Assembly (NCBI RefSeq): GCF_006345805.1
Contig: NC_043008.1
Location: 63,364,001 to 63,428,000 of the forward strand
DNA length: 64,000 nt
Source of the DNA: Octopus sinensis
Lineage: Eukaryota
Direction: 5' to 3'
Shown: one piece after another, positions 1-12,875 of the stretch
Position numbering within the stretch: the first letter of the stretch is position 1
Layout: every line of letters starts with the position of its first letter
Notes under the pieces: generated by a model
Databases searched by the model: none
Told to the model about the DNA's origin: nothing
What the model saw: the letters and a program-made list of their open reading frames with translations, nothing else
Translations under genes and position numbers: made by a program

Positions 1-347
1 TTTGCTAATTACTCTACTTGAAATCGTTCCAAATTACTCGATAACACTGCAAGAAATTTCAGATGGATCAAAACACATTAAAGCAGTAGAAAAATTGAAA
101 ATTCTTTTATGGTTTTAAATGTGTTGAAATTTATCCCAACCTTGCCCCATTCAATTTACTACATCGTTGGTGAAAAGTAGTATTAATTTTCCAAAATCTT
201 GGGCCAGCTAGAATCATCCTGGATACTGATGTGGGCAAAACCAAATTTAAAATATCTAAGAAAAATATTTTTTATGTTTACTTTTTATCATGCACTTGTT
301 TCAGTCATTGGACAGTGGCCATACTGGAGCATCACCTTGAAGTGTTT

Positions 348-621
348 AGGTTTTCTCCCTTACACTAGACAGTTCCTCATTTCTTTTCAAATGAATGTAA
401 ACAAGGTTAGTACAATTTTTTCAGAATCATGCATTTCAGAATTAGCTGACCAAGGCACTTTCATATGGCATTATGTTGTACAGGAAATTGAGACTTTACA
501 TTAATAATGCTGTTAAATTCTCAAGGTTTTGGTTTAAGAATTTAAACGCATTATTAGGTCATGATTTTCTATTAATTTAATCATATCATTTGACATATTC
601 ACATATAACATGAAGTAATTG
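348..621. repeat. Arm 1 of a 274-bp long-range inverted duplication (partner 5771-6044)
   Basis: The reverse complement of 5771-6044 aligns without gaps; about 7 mismatches counted by eye. Confidence 0.95.
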
Positions 622-841
622 TTAGTATTCAGATTTTTTTGTCAAAAATAATACTTATTGATTTATATTGTTTTCAATTAAACAAGCATTATTTTGTCGT
701 TTCAAAATTTTGATGATGTGATTGTTTATTTTTAGAATGATGTTATTGGGTAGGTGTGAGGGACCAGATCTGGTCAGTTGGGATATAAAACATGTAGAAT
801 TATTTGGCCAGCTATGGCTGGTTTAAATGCTGAAGGGTTAA
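622..841 (+). mobile_element. piggyBac-type MITE family A, left end truncated
   Basis: Ends in ...gaaggg-TTAA; body similar to the copies at 22604, 53597 and 55831. Confidence 0.7.
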
Positions 842-926
842 ACAAATCAATGCCTAGACTTATTTTATTGGTCAATTTTTGCTGAACTGCTAAGTTTACA
901 AGGGCATAGATAAGCTTGATTGGGGT

Positions 927-1107
927 AAACACACACACACAAACACATGCGCACACACACACACACACACACACAAACACGCACACATACACACACAAAC
1001 ACATGCACAATCTCATGCACAAACATACACACATACACAAACACACACACACAAACACATACACAAATACACACAGATACACAAATACATACACACTCAC
1101 ACACACA
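927..1107. repeat. Imperfect (CA)n microsatellite inside a SINE
   Basis: Direct reading of the sequence. Confidence 0.95.
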
Positions 1108-1125
1108 AAATTTTTTTCAGTTTCC

Positions 1126-1348
1126 TTATTTCTTTATTGCCCACAAGGGGCCTAAACATAGAGGGGACAAACAAGGACAATCAAAGGGATTAAGTCGATT
1201 ACATCGACCCCAGTGCATAACTGGTACTTAATTTATCAACCCCGAAAGGATGAAAGGCAAAGTCGATCTCGGCGGAGTTTGAACTCAGAACGTAATACTG
1301 CTAAGCATTTTGCCTGGTGTGCTAACGCTTCTGCCAGCTTGCCACCTT
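1126..1348 (-). mobile_element. tRNA-derived SINE family 1 (core gcctttcatcctttcggggtcgataaattaagtaccag)
   Basis: Reverse complement of the family consensus seen at 12318-12550. Confidence 0.85.
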
Positions 1349-1439
1349 TAAACTTTTTTCAGTTTCCATCCACCAAATTCTCTCACAAGGTACTTTATCA
1401 CTTCCATTACAACATTTCTCTTGAAATATGGTAACAAAA

Positions 1440-1830
1440 GACAACAACAATGCTACTGACACCTAGCCATAGCAACTGCTGCTGCTGTTGCTGCTACTAA
1501 CACCATCAGAAATACTAATACTGTTACTACTGCTACTATAACTATTAATACAACTACTACTACTACTATCACCTCCTCTATTGCAATTACTACCATCACC
1601 ACTGGTCAACAATTATTACTACAAATACCATCACTACCACTGCCACCACCACCACCACCACCATCATCACAACAACGACGACCACCACCACGACCATCAC
1701 CACCATCATGGCGACCACCACCATCACAACGATGATGATGACCACCACCACCACATCATCATCACCACCTTCACCACCACCACCACCACCACACCACCAC
1801 CACCATCACTGCCACCACCATCAGTACTAT
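1440..1830. repeat. Compound trinucleotide microsatellite (ACT/CAC/CAT)
   Basis: Direct reading of the sequence. Confidence 0.95.
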
Positions 1831-2380
1831 TGCTACATTTTCAATGAATTTTGAAAACAATGACATTCATAGTGACATAACATTGTTAGTATTAAACTGG
1901 CGCTTAGACCATAAACTGAGAATCTTGGGGTTAGTAGCCAGTGCTCTTAACCACTATGTAAATAACGTACATAATTCTTCATCTTTTAAATATAGAAACA
2001 TATACCATGAATGATGCAAACTCAAAAATATGGATGTACCATAGTCAGTGGATTACAACTGAAATCACTTTAAAACGGAACCTTTGTAGTATAGAACAAG
2101 GAGCAGATTCGGGTAGGTTGATATCAAAATGGTTAAATGGTGAAAAATGGTTTAAACAGTTCCGTTGAACAGAATGGAAGGACATTGCATGCGATTGAAT
2201 GAAACCTTACTACAACAATCACAATGTTGAATTCTCAAGAAATATTACAAAAAGAAACGAGGAAGAAATAATTAACCATTTTGGTGAGTTTGTTGCCCAA
2301 AAGGCACTAAAAAGATTTTCCTTTGCTCTCAGTAAAAAAAAAAAGATCAATTGCAATCATAGGCATATGTCCAACAAAAA

Positions 2381-2396
2381 CAGCAGCAGCAGCAGC

Positions 2397-2436
<40 letters not shown>

Positions 2437-2442
2437 GTAGTA

Positions 2443-2500
<58 letters not shown>

Positions 2501-2812
2501 GGTAGTGGAGTAGTAGTAGTAATGGTGGTGGTAGTGGTGGTGGTGGTAGTAGTAGTAGTAGCAATAGTAGTAGTAGTAGGAGTAGTTGTAGTAGTGGTGG
2601 TGGTGGTGGTGGTGGTGGTGGTGGTGGAGGTAATGGTGGAGGTGATGGTGGCAGTGGTGACAGCAACAGCAACAGTTGTAGCAGCAGCACTGTTGATGGT
2701 AGTGATGGTGGTGGTGGTAGTGTTAGTAACAGTAGTAGTATTAGTAGCAGTTGTTGTTAGTGTTGTTGTTGTTGTCGTCATTTTTGTCGTTGTCATCAGT
2801 AGTATTATTATA
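2381..2812. repeat. Compound trinucleotide microsatellite (CAG/GTA/GTG/GTT)
   Basis: Direct reading; accounts for the poly-V, poly-S and poly-T ORFs. Confidence 0.95.
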
Positions 2813-3115
2813 GTCATTACAAATCCAAATCCTGGCAACAGAGAAGCGAAGAACTGGGTCATTCCAATTTGATTCCCATTTCTAATTATTTCACTTACAT
2901 CACAGATGCTCTTGAGAAAAGTATAATTACCTTTTCTACCATTAACTCCCCTACCCCATCACTAAAGTACTTAAGGATTCAAAACAGATGTACGTGTTCC
3001 TACAATTAATAGATATTACTAATCTTCCACTTGTTTCAATCATTGAACTGCGGCCATGCTGGGGCACCGCCTTGAGGGATTTTAGTCAAATGAATGAACT
3101 CCAGTACCTCTTTTT

Positions 3116-3669
3116 GGTACTTTTTGGTTATCTCACACCCATTAAAAAATTGCCATTAAAAACTGGGTCATCTCCCCACTAAAATATTGAGTTTATTGTG
3201 ACAAGAGATTGGATTAAAAGAGTTAGGTCTTTTGATTCATTACTTCAGCACATTGTTGATGTTTGGCCTCCTTAATAGGCATTCTCTTTTACTCTTTTAC
3301 TTGTCTCAGTCATTTGACTGCGACCATGCTGGAGCACCACCTTTAGCCAAGCTACCAAATCCACTCACAAGGCTTTGGTCGGCCCGATGCTATAGTAGCA
3401 GACACTTGCCCCAGGTGCCACACAATGGGACTGAATCCAGAACCATGTGGTTGGTAAACAAGCTACTTACCACACAGTCACTCCTACGCCTTTTATATGG
3501 TATGATTTGTTATAAAAATGTTATCAGATTCAGTAAGATCTTTAATCTTTTCACTCTTCATGTTTATTAATTGTTTTCATTCTTTTGTTTTATTGAGGGT
3601 TAAACAATTTTTTTTAGTTGGGGGAGATAACCCAATTTTTTAATGGGAGTGAGATAACCAAAAAGTACC
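3116..3669. mobile_element. MITE with long terminal inverted repeats, inserted in a SINE and containing another SINE (3287-3492)
   Basis: TIRs GGTACTTTTTGGTTATCTCAC... / ...GTGAGATAACCAAAAAGTACC, with about 55 bp of imperfect complementarity; the outer SINE resumes after 3670. Confidence 0.8.
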
Positions 3670-5052
3670 TTCGTTTTTAATTTGAAGTCACATACTTATT
3701 CTATTAGTCTCTTTTGCTGATCTGCTAAGTGACTGTGATGTAAAAACATCAAGAATGGTTAGCTTACCAGGCAAAATGCTAACTGGAATTTAATCCAAAT
3801 TTTGCTGAGGTTGACTTTACCTTTCATCTTTTGGGGATTGATAAAATAAGTATCAATTTAACACTAGGGTCTATGTAATTAACTTAGCCCCTTCCACGAA
3901 ATTGCTGGCCTTGAGCCAAAATTTGAAACCAATGTTAGAAACAGTAGCAAAACTCTAAGGCAGACCCACCTTAGCAGCATTGATTTGTCTACCCCTCCCC
4001 ACTGCTCAAATCAATCACTGATCCAAAGAGTGTATATTTATTGACAGTATGCTACAGCATATATATATATATATATATATAGATCAGAACTGGACCCATA
4101 AATCCATGTGGCCTCGGGGCAATTGCCCACTGATCCCATGCCTTTAGACAGCACTGGCCCAAGGGCTGTTGTTGTTGTTGTTAAGCAACAAGACAGGTAA
4201 GGGTGATTAGGTAAGGGGCAGGAGACCCCAGACCTTGAAAATAAAAAAAATTTTGGTCGTCTTGTTGTAGTCAAGGGCTCTTCGTTGGTGCCCAACACCA
4301 CTGGGAGGTGGCCCTTGAAGTCGCTGGAAATGGAGATCACCAGGTCCAAATTCTTGGACAGCAGCCCAAGGGCTTGGAGGAGAAGTGCCAATCCTAGACA
4401 ATAACAACAACTGAATGAATGCTTCTCAAGAAGCAGACACCACACCAGACAGGAAAACAACATTCAAGTTTCAGTATAAGAATAATATTTGCTGTGCCAA
4501 TGGTATAAAAATATTCCTGCTCTTAAGACAGCACACATACACATTCGCGTACCTGGTAAGCTACCAGTGTTCTCATTCCCTACATTATCCACACAGATCA
4601 CAAAGATTTAAACATGGCTTTAAAATAGCAATTTCTACACATTAATTATTTGTGCAGGTAAATTATATTAAATTGTCATATTCATGTCTATGGAAGCATA
4701 TAGCTCTTTAATGAATAACAGTTTCCTTTTTATTCAATAGATTTTAATTAAATTTCAAAAGAGGAAACTCTTGATGTTGATTGTTATTTCCAATTATAAA
4801 CTGGAATCCTGCAGTTCTGCCGATTTAATTGCTGCAGGGGAAACTGGAATGTGAACATGTCTTTTCTGAAGACAAGAAAGAAATTTTCTAAAATCAATAC
4901 TTTAAGGAAATTATATATTTTTATAGTAGTCTAAAATTATACCATATTTGGAAGTGTAATTTTAAAATAATTGAATTCTTTAATATATGATTATCATTAA
5001 CATAGAACAATCAAACAGTTTGATATCATTTAAATAATAGTTCTTACAACAG

Positions 5053-5097
5053 GTGTTAAAAAGATTCAGGCAGCGTAAAGAAAACCAACAAGAACAG
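5053..5097 (+). other. Candidate 45-nt exon (VLKRFRQRKENQQEQ if read in phase 0)
   Basis: ttcttacaacag|GTG...CAG|gtaaat; purine-rich, open frame, length divisible by 3. No homology recognised. Confidence 0.4.
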
Positions 5098-5770
5098 GTA
5101 AATTAATAGTCATTAAATAGAAACCTTATAGAACAATAATTATTTGGAAACATCAGAACATATTTTTATTTAGGCTGCACATCAAGCAACAACATAATTT
5201 TACTCATTTGATATATATGTGTATATGTACATATGAGTGTGTATGTTTGTATGTATGTATGAATGTATGTATACTTGCTTGAATAATATATGTGCATATA
5301 TATATATGTATGTATGCATGTATATATATGTATGTGTGTGTGTGTATTGAGGACAATGACAAATTAAATTGAATTCATTCTATAATTTATTTGATAGGTA
5401 TTAAATTCTATGTGAAGAATGATTATTATTGTTGTCACATATATTACAAGGATGATTTTGCAAGTTCTACTATTCATACAAACGAGTATTTGTTATTTAG
5501 TTGTTCAACGTTATAACAAAAGCTTGCTTTGAAAAGCTTTATATTATACTCTGTAAATAATATAAGACAGTATTATGCTATCAGTCAATAAGATAATATT
5601 TCCATTCACTTATGTAATTGGTAATCTCTTCTACGACAAAATGTCAAAAAACATTGCATTCATTAAGGCATTGTTTGACACAGACTCCTTTTACAGATCT
5701 GCAGTATTTTGTTTTTTTTTTTTTCCCTCAATGTAATCATTATTGAACTAGGCTCACTTACAAAAGGATT

Positions 5771-6044
5771 CAATTACTTCATGTTATATGTGAATATGTC
5801 AAATGATATGATAAAATTAATAGAAAATCATGACCTAATAATGCGTTTAAATTCTTAAGCCAAAACCTTGAGAATTTAATAGCATTATTAATGTAAAGTC
5901 TCAATTTCCTGTACAACATAATGCCATATGAAAGTGCCTTGGTCAGCTAATTCTGAAATGCATGATTCTGAAAAAATTCTACTAACCTTGTTTACATTCA
6001 TTTCAATAGAAATGAGGAACTGTCTAGTGTAAGAGAGAAAACCT
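5771..6044. repeat. Arm 2 of the 274-bp inverted duplication (partner 348-621)
   Basis: caattacttcatgttatatgtg...gtgtaagagagaaaacct is the reverse complement of 348-621. Confidence 0.95.
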
Positions 6045-6080
6045 TTTTTTTTTCTATAATTCATTTCTGTTCTGTTACAG

Positions 6081-6167
6081 AATCATTACAGGACTGAGTT
6101 TTTGACTTGGAGATTTTTTAACAGGCTGTTGGAGAATATATGATGAAAAGAAAGAAAAATATTAATG
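6081..6167 (+). other. Candidate 87-nt exon with stops in all frames (last coding, UTR or lncRNA exon)
   Basis: Long pyrimidine tract, then ctgttacag| acceptor and ATG|gtatgt donor; TACTAAC at 5980-5986. Confidence 0.45.
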
Positions 6168-8374
6168 GTATGTTTCAAGCTGTGATCACAAACCAAGTAA
6201 ACTGATATGCTGAAGGAACTTGTAAATACTGTATTTTCTGGTACACATGTCAGATTTTTTCAGATTTAAATTTTAGATTTAAATTTCAGATTTACATTTA
6301 GAAACAATTATCAAATAGATTACAGATCCAAATTATTACTCAGCTGTTAATTTTCTATCTGCAAACGAGTTTGCTGTTTAGTTAGGAACCACTTTGGAAC
6401 CATATGGATTACGGCTTCTTCTCAATGGTCTATTGAACAGATAACTTCCACAGTGGCATCACAGAGAGAAACCATAAAATGCCTATTGTTTATATGTGTG
6501 CCTATACATATATATATATATAAAGGCGGTGCTCCAGCATGGCCGCAGTCAAATGACTGAAACAAGTAAAAGATAAAAGATAAAAGATATGTATATATAT
6601 ATATTTCATTATTGCCCACGAGGATCTAAACATAGAGGGGACAAACAAGGACAGACAAAGAGATTAAGTCAATTACATTGACCCCACTGCATAACTGATA
6701 CTTATTTAATCTCCCCGAAAGGAGGAAAGGCAAAGTCGACCTTGGCGGAATTTGAACTCAGAAGGTAGCAGCAGACAAAATACCGCTAAGCATTTCGCCC
6801 AGTGTGTTAACAATTCTGCATTGCCTCACATTGTGTATGTATGTGCTTGTATGTGTGTGTGTGTGTGTGTGTGCATGTCCTCCCCTTGACTTGCTATTTG
6901 TGTACTGATTAAAAACAAAGACTTTCTTAATACAAATTCTATCATTGCCGACAAACTTTCTGAAAAAGCATATCTTGATATTCATTTGTTTCTTATTTGA
7001 AGAACTAAGGGAAATTTTTAATTTCTTGGAAACAGGTAAAGTTTGGTAACAGGAAAAGCATCCAGCTGTGGGAAGTCTTACATCAGTAAGTTTTGTATTT
7101 GACCATTGCAAGCATAAGAAAAGTGGACATTGAAAGGAGGAAAAGGAGGAGAACAGGAGGTGAAATAGCAACGAACTAGCAAGGTGTGTATTTAGACATA
7201 ATCAGATACCATTTTTTTTTATGTTCTGCGGTTTAGTGATTAGGGTCAGAAATGCTCTAAGCTTAAATGTATCATCCAGACGAGTTTCACTGACATCATA
7301 GATATACTTATTATATATATTTTTTATAAAGCAAATGTTTTCCTTAGAGAGAAAAATTAACTGCTCTGATGAAAGATTCATGGCAGCCATTTTAAATATG
7401 TCATATAACAATAACCATGATTATATGGCTTTTATTTAAAAAAGAAAATTTTAAAACTTTTATTTATTTTCATATCTGTAGAGGGAAAACTGTATGATGA
7501 AATGTAAATTGAGAAGATTAGCACTAACTCTGCCGATATTCCTAATTTAAATACAATCATTTCTATTATAGAGATGGCAAAGATATAGTTTACGCTAATA
7601 TTTGATAAAAACTATTTTATTTAAAACAACTTAGATATAAAGCTATTTTATCAAAGCAGTTAAAATGTCAAATCATTGAATATTTTAAAAAATGGAACTG
7701 ATAGGTTTTACTGGAAAAATTAACAGCTTCAAAACGGTAACTGTTCCTTGTCAGTAATTTTAATCTTGGAATAAAGTTTGCTTCAAGTTTTAAACATTTT
7801 TGATTTTAGTTAATTGTTTAACAGAATATTTGATGATAAAGAATATACTAACAAGCAAATTCTTCCGAAATAAAAGACAAACTAAAATTAATTTCTAATA
7901 TGAAAATATTTATCTAGCAATCAGTAGAACAACACCAGTTTGTATGCTTTTACTATTTATTTACCAATCTGTATATTCCTTCCTATTGAAGATGACATCA
8001 TAAATATATTTAAACATGGGTATTATTTCTTATACTAGCTTTCCACATCTAAATAGCTAGTTTTGCTTTGTTTCTGTCTAGTGCCCAGTTCATCTTTAAC
8101 TGAGCAAGCCAACCCTGAATGACCCATCCTACTCTCAAGTATTGTATACTTAGAACTACATTAACCAAAGTAGTCCTCAATTTTTAAGGTAGCAGGGTGT
8201 AATTTATGAGAAATTTAGATGCAATATTTAGCATAGGCCATGCATCCACTCCCACACCCAGCTGAGAGGGTTTTGTGTTGTAGGTGCCAGTGCCACATAA
8301 AATGCACTCATGCTAGTGTTGCATAAAATGCACTCATGCTTGTGTTACTTAAACGCACCAATAATCTGTAAAGT

Positions 8375-8816
8375 GTTAGTTAGTTAGTTAGTTAGTTAAT
8401 TTGGCTCAAAAGCAAATAGCAAGGCCATGTAGGGGGACATGGAGTTAAGTACAGGGTGGTGTTCATGTAAAGAGTTCAGGCCACTTGAGGTCCAGGGAGG
8501 CTTTGAACAAAGCGGTCGTCGGCATCTTCACCATCTCGTCTGGCAGCTTGTTCCACGGATCCGCAACCCGGACGGAGAAAGCTCCTCTCCTTCGATTGAG
8601 ATGAAATCGTCGCAGGTAGAGCTTTTCGGAATGACCCTGCAGCCGACGCTCTGGAGCAGGAGTGAAGAACAGCTCTTTCGAGAGGTTACACTTTCCGCTT
8701 ATGATGTTGTGGGCGAGAATGAGATCACCACGGCGGCGGCGTTTTTCAAGAGAATAAAGGTCGAGCATCCTCAGCCTTTCTTCGTAGGACAAATTTTTGA
8801 GACCATGCACCATGCG
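8375..8816 (-). mobile_element. CR1-clade LINE, 5'-truncated: ORF2 C-terminus, 3'UTR and (TAAC)n tail
   Basis: ORF 8463-8813 reads LSYEERLRMLDLYSLEKRRRRGDLI...FSVRVADPWNKLP, typical of the CR1 ORF2 end; (gtta)n at 8375-8398. Confidence 0.92.
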
Positions 8817-10507
8817 GGTAGCCAGCTTCTGGACTCTTTGGCATTAGGAAGAGCATCCAACCATAGAAACAGACAAGCTCCTGTCAAACCATCCAACCCA
8901 TGCCAGCATGGAAAACGGATGTTAAATGATGATGATGATGAGAGGAGGAGGAGGAACCACAAAGAGGCTTCTTCAGTGGCTCAGTTCTAACTTGGTAATT
9001 CTGACATGCAGTATTTTGCTCCAAAATTTCTAGGATCATTAGTTATTAGTGTTTGCTAACCTCATTTGGTATTAGTTCAGCTGAACCCTGATTGACCAGA
9101 CACATCAAAATTTATTCTAGCAGGACAATCTCAGTTTTATTTTCAAGTATAATATATATTTTGTCTTTTATCTTTTTACGCAAGAGGGGAGGAAGGCAGT
9201 GCCCATGGACTTTTACAGGCTTTCAAAACAATGGGGTATGAGGGATGAAAGAATCTTCATGCTGGAGAGGTAGTATGATTGCTTGCAACACAATGAAATT
9301 AAAGACACTCAGTGGGGCCAGGTAGGGGTGTCAAATTAGACAACTGATTAAGTTTATCACCCAAGTAGTCTTTGATAAGATTTGAAATCAGTATGCAAAA
9401 TGTGGTAAGATGTATTTTATAATATTCTTACAGTTCCACCAATACACTGTACTGGTTTGATAGGCTTTTATTCCCTCCAAAAGGATGAAAAGAAATGTTG
9501 ACCTTCGAAGGATTCGATCTCAGAAAGCAGAGAATCAGAACTAATCTGTGAGGTATTCTATCTAACACTCCAATGATTCGAGCCATTCTCAACCTGGTTC
9601 AGACCACATTATCCAACATGTCATTTCCCTTTCATATGAGGTGACTGTTCTTGCTAACTGGTTATGTAACCCCTTAGCGTCTCCTTATTGACCCCTTGGT
9701 GACCCTTAAGTGACCATTTAGTGACCCTTAATGACTGCTTTGTTGGTGCTTATCAATGATGATTAAAAAGAGAAGTAAACCTAAACTTAACACGTTGGAA
9801 CATGGAATGTAATGAAAGGGATACTCAATGAAATGCTATAAAGGCTACTAAGAAAGATAATCTCGGATTACGATTATATGAGCTTCAAAATGGTTGCAAA
9901 CTACGAGGAAGTATATAAAAATAAGAAGGTAATGAAAGTATCAACAAAACAGCATAAGAATTGATTTCTACTCACAACTAAAAGTTCTATTCTAAAAAAG
10001 CAGATTATTCTCAAAAATGACCTGTGTTTGCAATAAGAAGGTCTAGCCAAATAATATTTGCAAACAGAAATGATTTAAACTCACGGCTATGAGGGCCACT
10101 CTCAAAGGTGATTTGTGCTCATAATATAAAAGCTATGAGATTATGGTTTTTCGTTTATGCCAGCTGATATTTTGAAAGAAGATTATAGTTATTTTGTAGG
10201 TGGATTTATAGTGTGATATATTACTTCAACTGACACTACTTTGTCAACTCAAAGTTTAAATATGACATAAATAAAACAGTTGAACATAAGAGTATAAATA
10301 CGTTGTAAATATAATGATTGCTTGTATGACTACATATATAATATTTTTTTCTCGCTATTTTCTATCCATTCTTGCTAGTGCTTTCTCAAGTTTCCCATCA
10401 TAATAATCTTACGGCTGATTTTTTTTCCTTCCATTTACCATTAATTTTTGCTAATTTACTTCACTCCCATCTGAGATAAAGGAATGAAACAATATTAAAT
10501 ATTTAAG

Positions 10508-10905
10508 AAGGCAGAGAGCTGACAGAAACGTTAGCATGCCAGGTAAAATGCTTAGTGGTATTTCGTCTGCCGTTATGTTCTGAGTTCAAATCCCGCTGAG
10601 GTCGACTTTGCCTTTCATCCTTTCAGGGTCGATAAATTAAGTACCAGTTACGCACTGGGTCGATGTAATTGAATTAATCCGTTTGTCTGTCTTTGTTTGT
10701 CCCCTCTATATTTAGAGGGCAATAAAGAAATACGAAACGTTAGTATTCCAGGCGAAATGCTTAGCAGTTTTTTGTCTGTCTTCACGTTCTGAGTTCAAAT
10801 GCTGCCAAGGTCGACTTTGCCTTTCATCCTTTCAGGGTGCATACTAGGGTCGATCTAATCGACTGCCCCCTCGCAAAAAATTTCGGACCTTTGCCTAGAG
10901 TAGAA
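10508..10905 (+). mobile_element. Dimeric SINE family 1
   Basis: Two consecutive family-1 units with different tails. Confidence 0.85.
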
Positions 10906-10950
10906 TAGAATACTAAATATTTAAGTTGACCATAAGTGTAAGTGACCTAT

Positions 10951-11713
10951 TGTTATGGGAGAATCCTGAGCCCCCTTTGTGATGGAACATGTGAAGGCAG
11001 ACTAACTGATTACAAGAAATAAGACCCAAGTGAAATATCAAGGGGGTAGGTGACAGTGTTAGTTTGATCTTGTTAGTTTACCATGTTAGTTTGATGTATG
11101 TTGTTTAACAGTATGTAGTTAAACAGTGAATACCGAGTATCATACCTACGTTCAAGTAGTACGGAGTGCATTCTGTGTTAACATGTATCTCTATGATAGG
11201 TTATTTTTAGATAACCAAACCACAACCTATTTCTTTACTACCCACAAGGGGCTACACACAGAGAGGACAAACAAGGACAGACAAACGGATTAAGTCGATT
11301 ATATCGACCCCAGTAACTGGAACTTATTTAATCAACCCCAAAAGAATGAAAGGCAAAGTCGACCTCGGCGGAATTTGAACTCAGAACGTAACAGCAGACG
11401 AAATACCTATTTCTTTACTACCCACAAGGGGCTAAACACAGAGAGGACAAACAAGGACAGACAAACGGATTAAGTCGAATTCATAGACGCCAGTGCGTAA
11501 CTGGTACTTAATTTATCGACCCCGAAAGGATGAAAGGCAAAGATGACCTCGGCGGAATTTGAACTCAGAACGTAACGGCAGACGAAATACCGCTAAGCAT
11601 TTCACTCGACATGCAAACACTTCTGCCAGCTTGCTGCCTTTAACCAAACCACAATCAACTATTTATTTGTGTAACACCATTTTACACTAGACCTGTATAC
11701 CCATGTCATAACA
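10951..11713. mobile_element. Solo LTR (~334 bp net) with 5-bp TSD, interrupted by a SINE dimer
   Basis: Termini TGTTATG...CATAACA; CCTAT at both 10946-10950 and 11714-11718; partial inverted copy at 17240-17473. Confidence 0.85.
11226..11640 (-). mobile_element. Dimeric SINE family 1 with 14-bp TSD
   Basis: TAACCAAACCACAA at 11212-11225 and 11641-11654. Confidence 0.92.
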
Positions 11714-12317
11714 CCTATTTCAAATTCCAATACGCTATCTGGATAGTATTTGACATGAAGACAATGGCAAATGTTTTGAGTGTGATGACTCAACTGCACA
11801 CAATAATGCTTTTATTACTGTCCCCTTTTTGATTTCTGGGCATCATTTATCCATTCTTCCATCATATGCCTCCTCTTCTCTGTTCTTTCCTTTGCTTCCC
11901 TCTTCCTTTTCTTTCTTTCTCTTCCTTTTCCAACTCATCACTTCCCTTTCACTTTCGCTTTTATCTCTCTTCCATTCACCTTATACTTATTGACTCTCTC
12001 CAATCCCTTTCTCATGCTGCCCGAATCATTCTTTCTGTGTTCTGATTGGCTCTTATCAGAGCATAATGACATTTGTAAAGGTACCATTAATTCTCTAGGT
12101 TGTTTAGTTTTCCCAACTGATCAATGGACCAATTGAGTAAACCAATCAATAACAAACCTTTAAAGACTGCTGGAAACATTTGTTATAAGTCAAATTTACT
12201 CTAATAAATAAACATATGACCCTCGTTTTTGTCTTCTCTTATACATACATATATATGGGTGGTGATTTGGCTGTGTAATTACAACGTAGGACAGAATGCT
12301 TTGTGGTATTCGTTATA

Positions 12318-12550
12318 GGCGGCGAGCTGGCAGAAACGTTAGCATACCGGGCAAAATGCTTAGCGGTATTTCGTCTGCCATTACGTTGTGAGTTCAAATT
12401 CCGCTGAGGTCGACTTTGCCTTTCATCCTTTCGGGGTCGATAAATTAAGTACCAGTTACGCACTGGGGTCGATGTAATCGACTTAATACCCATGTCTGTC
12501 CTTGTTTGTCCCCTTTGTGTTTAGCCCCTTGTGGGTAATAAAGAAATAGG
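12318..12550 (+). mobile_element. Full-length young SINE family 1 with TSD
   Basis: tRNA-like head ggcggcgagctggcagaa...gagttcaaattcc; ggtattcgttatagg repeated on both sides; CpGs retained. Confidence 0.92.
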
Positions 12551-12600
12551 TATTCGTTATAGGAGCAGGAGTGGCTGTGTGATAAGTAGCTTGCTTACCA

Positions 12601-12875
12601 GTGAAAGTAGAGAATATGTGGTATTCTATCTTAAGCGAGGGATTGTTGACAACTTTGTAGTAAGTTGTCTTGCGAGTCAGGACCTGATGGAATCGGCTTG
12701 TACTGAAAGTCAGCATTGGCCGCCGCAGGTGACTGCTCTGGTAGCGAATGAAAGAGATTTCTTCCAAATAGTGGAGACCTGTTCGAAGAAAGATTACAAT
12801 TATCTCTTTTGTAGATTCGAATTGCAGCTGCATGATTACCTGCAGGTGGCAAGAGAATTGACAAGAGATGGTTGA
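12601..12875 (+). pseudogene. Unidentified ~90-codon coding-like fragment followed by AATAAA (12961)
   Basis: Open frame ESREYVVFYLKRGIVDNFVVSCL...LQVARELTRDG*; higher GC and CpG than the flanks; fused to a truncated SINE head. Confidence 0.3.

Noticed and set aside
774-2872. Long ORFs rich in V, T, H or C (also those at 20592-22247, 35069, 46848, 52119 and 61086-61937)
   Set aside because: They are translations of di-, tri- and tetranucleotide microsatellites.
4806-4840. cctgcag...ctgcagg hairpin as a pre-miRNA
   Set aside because: The stem is only about 7 bp, too short.
8439-8990. 183-aa plus-strand ORF
   Set aside because: It is the antisense shadow of the CR1 fragment running into a SINE.
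9780-10130. VGTWNV-like LINE endonuclease start
   Set aside because: A single short motif with stops nearby; not enough for a call.
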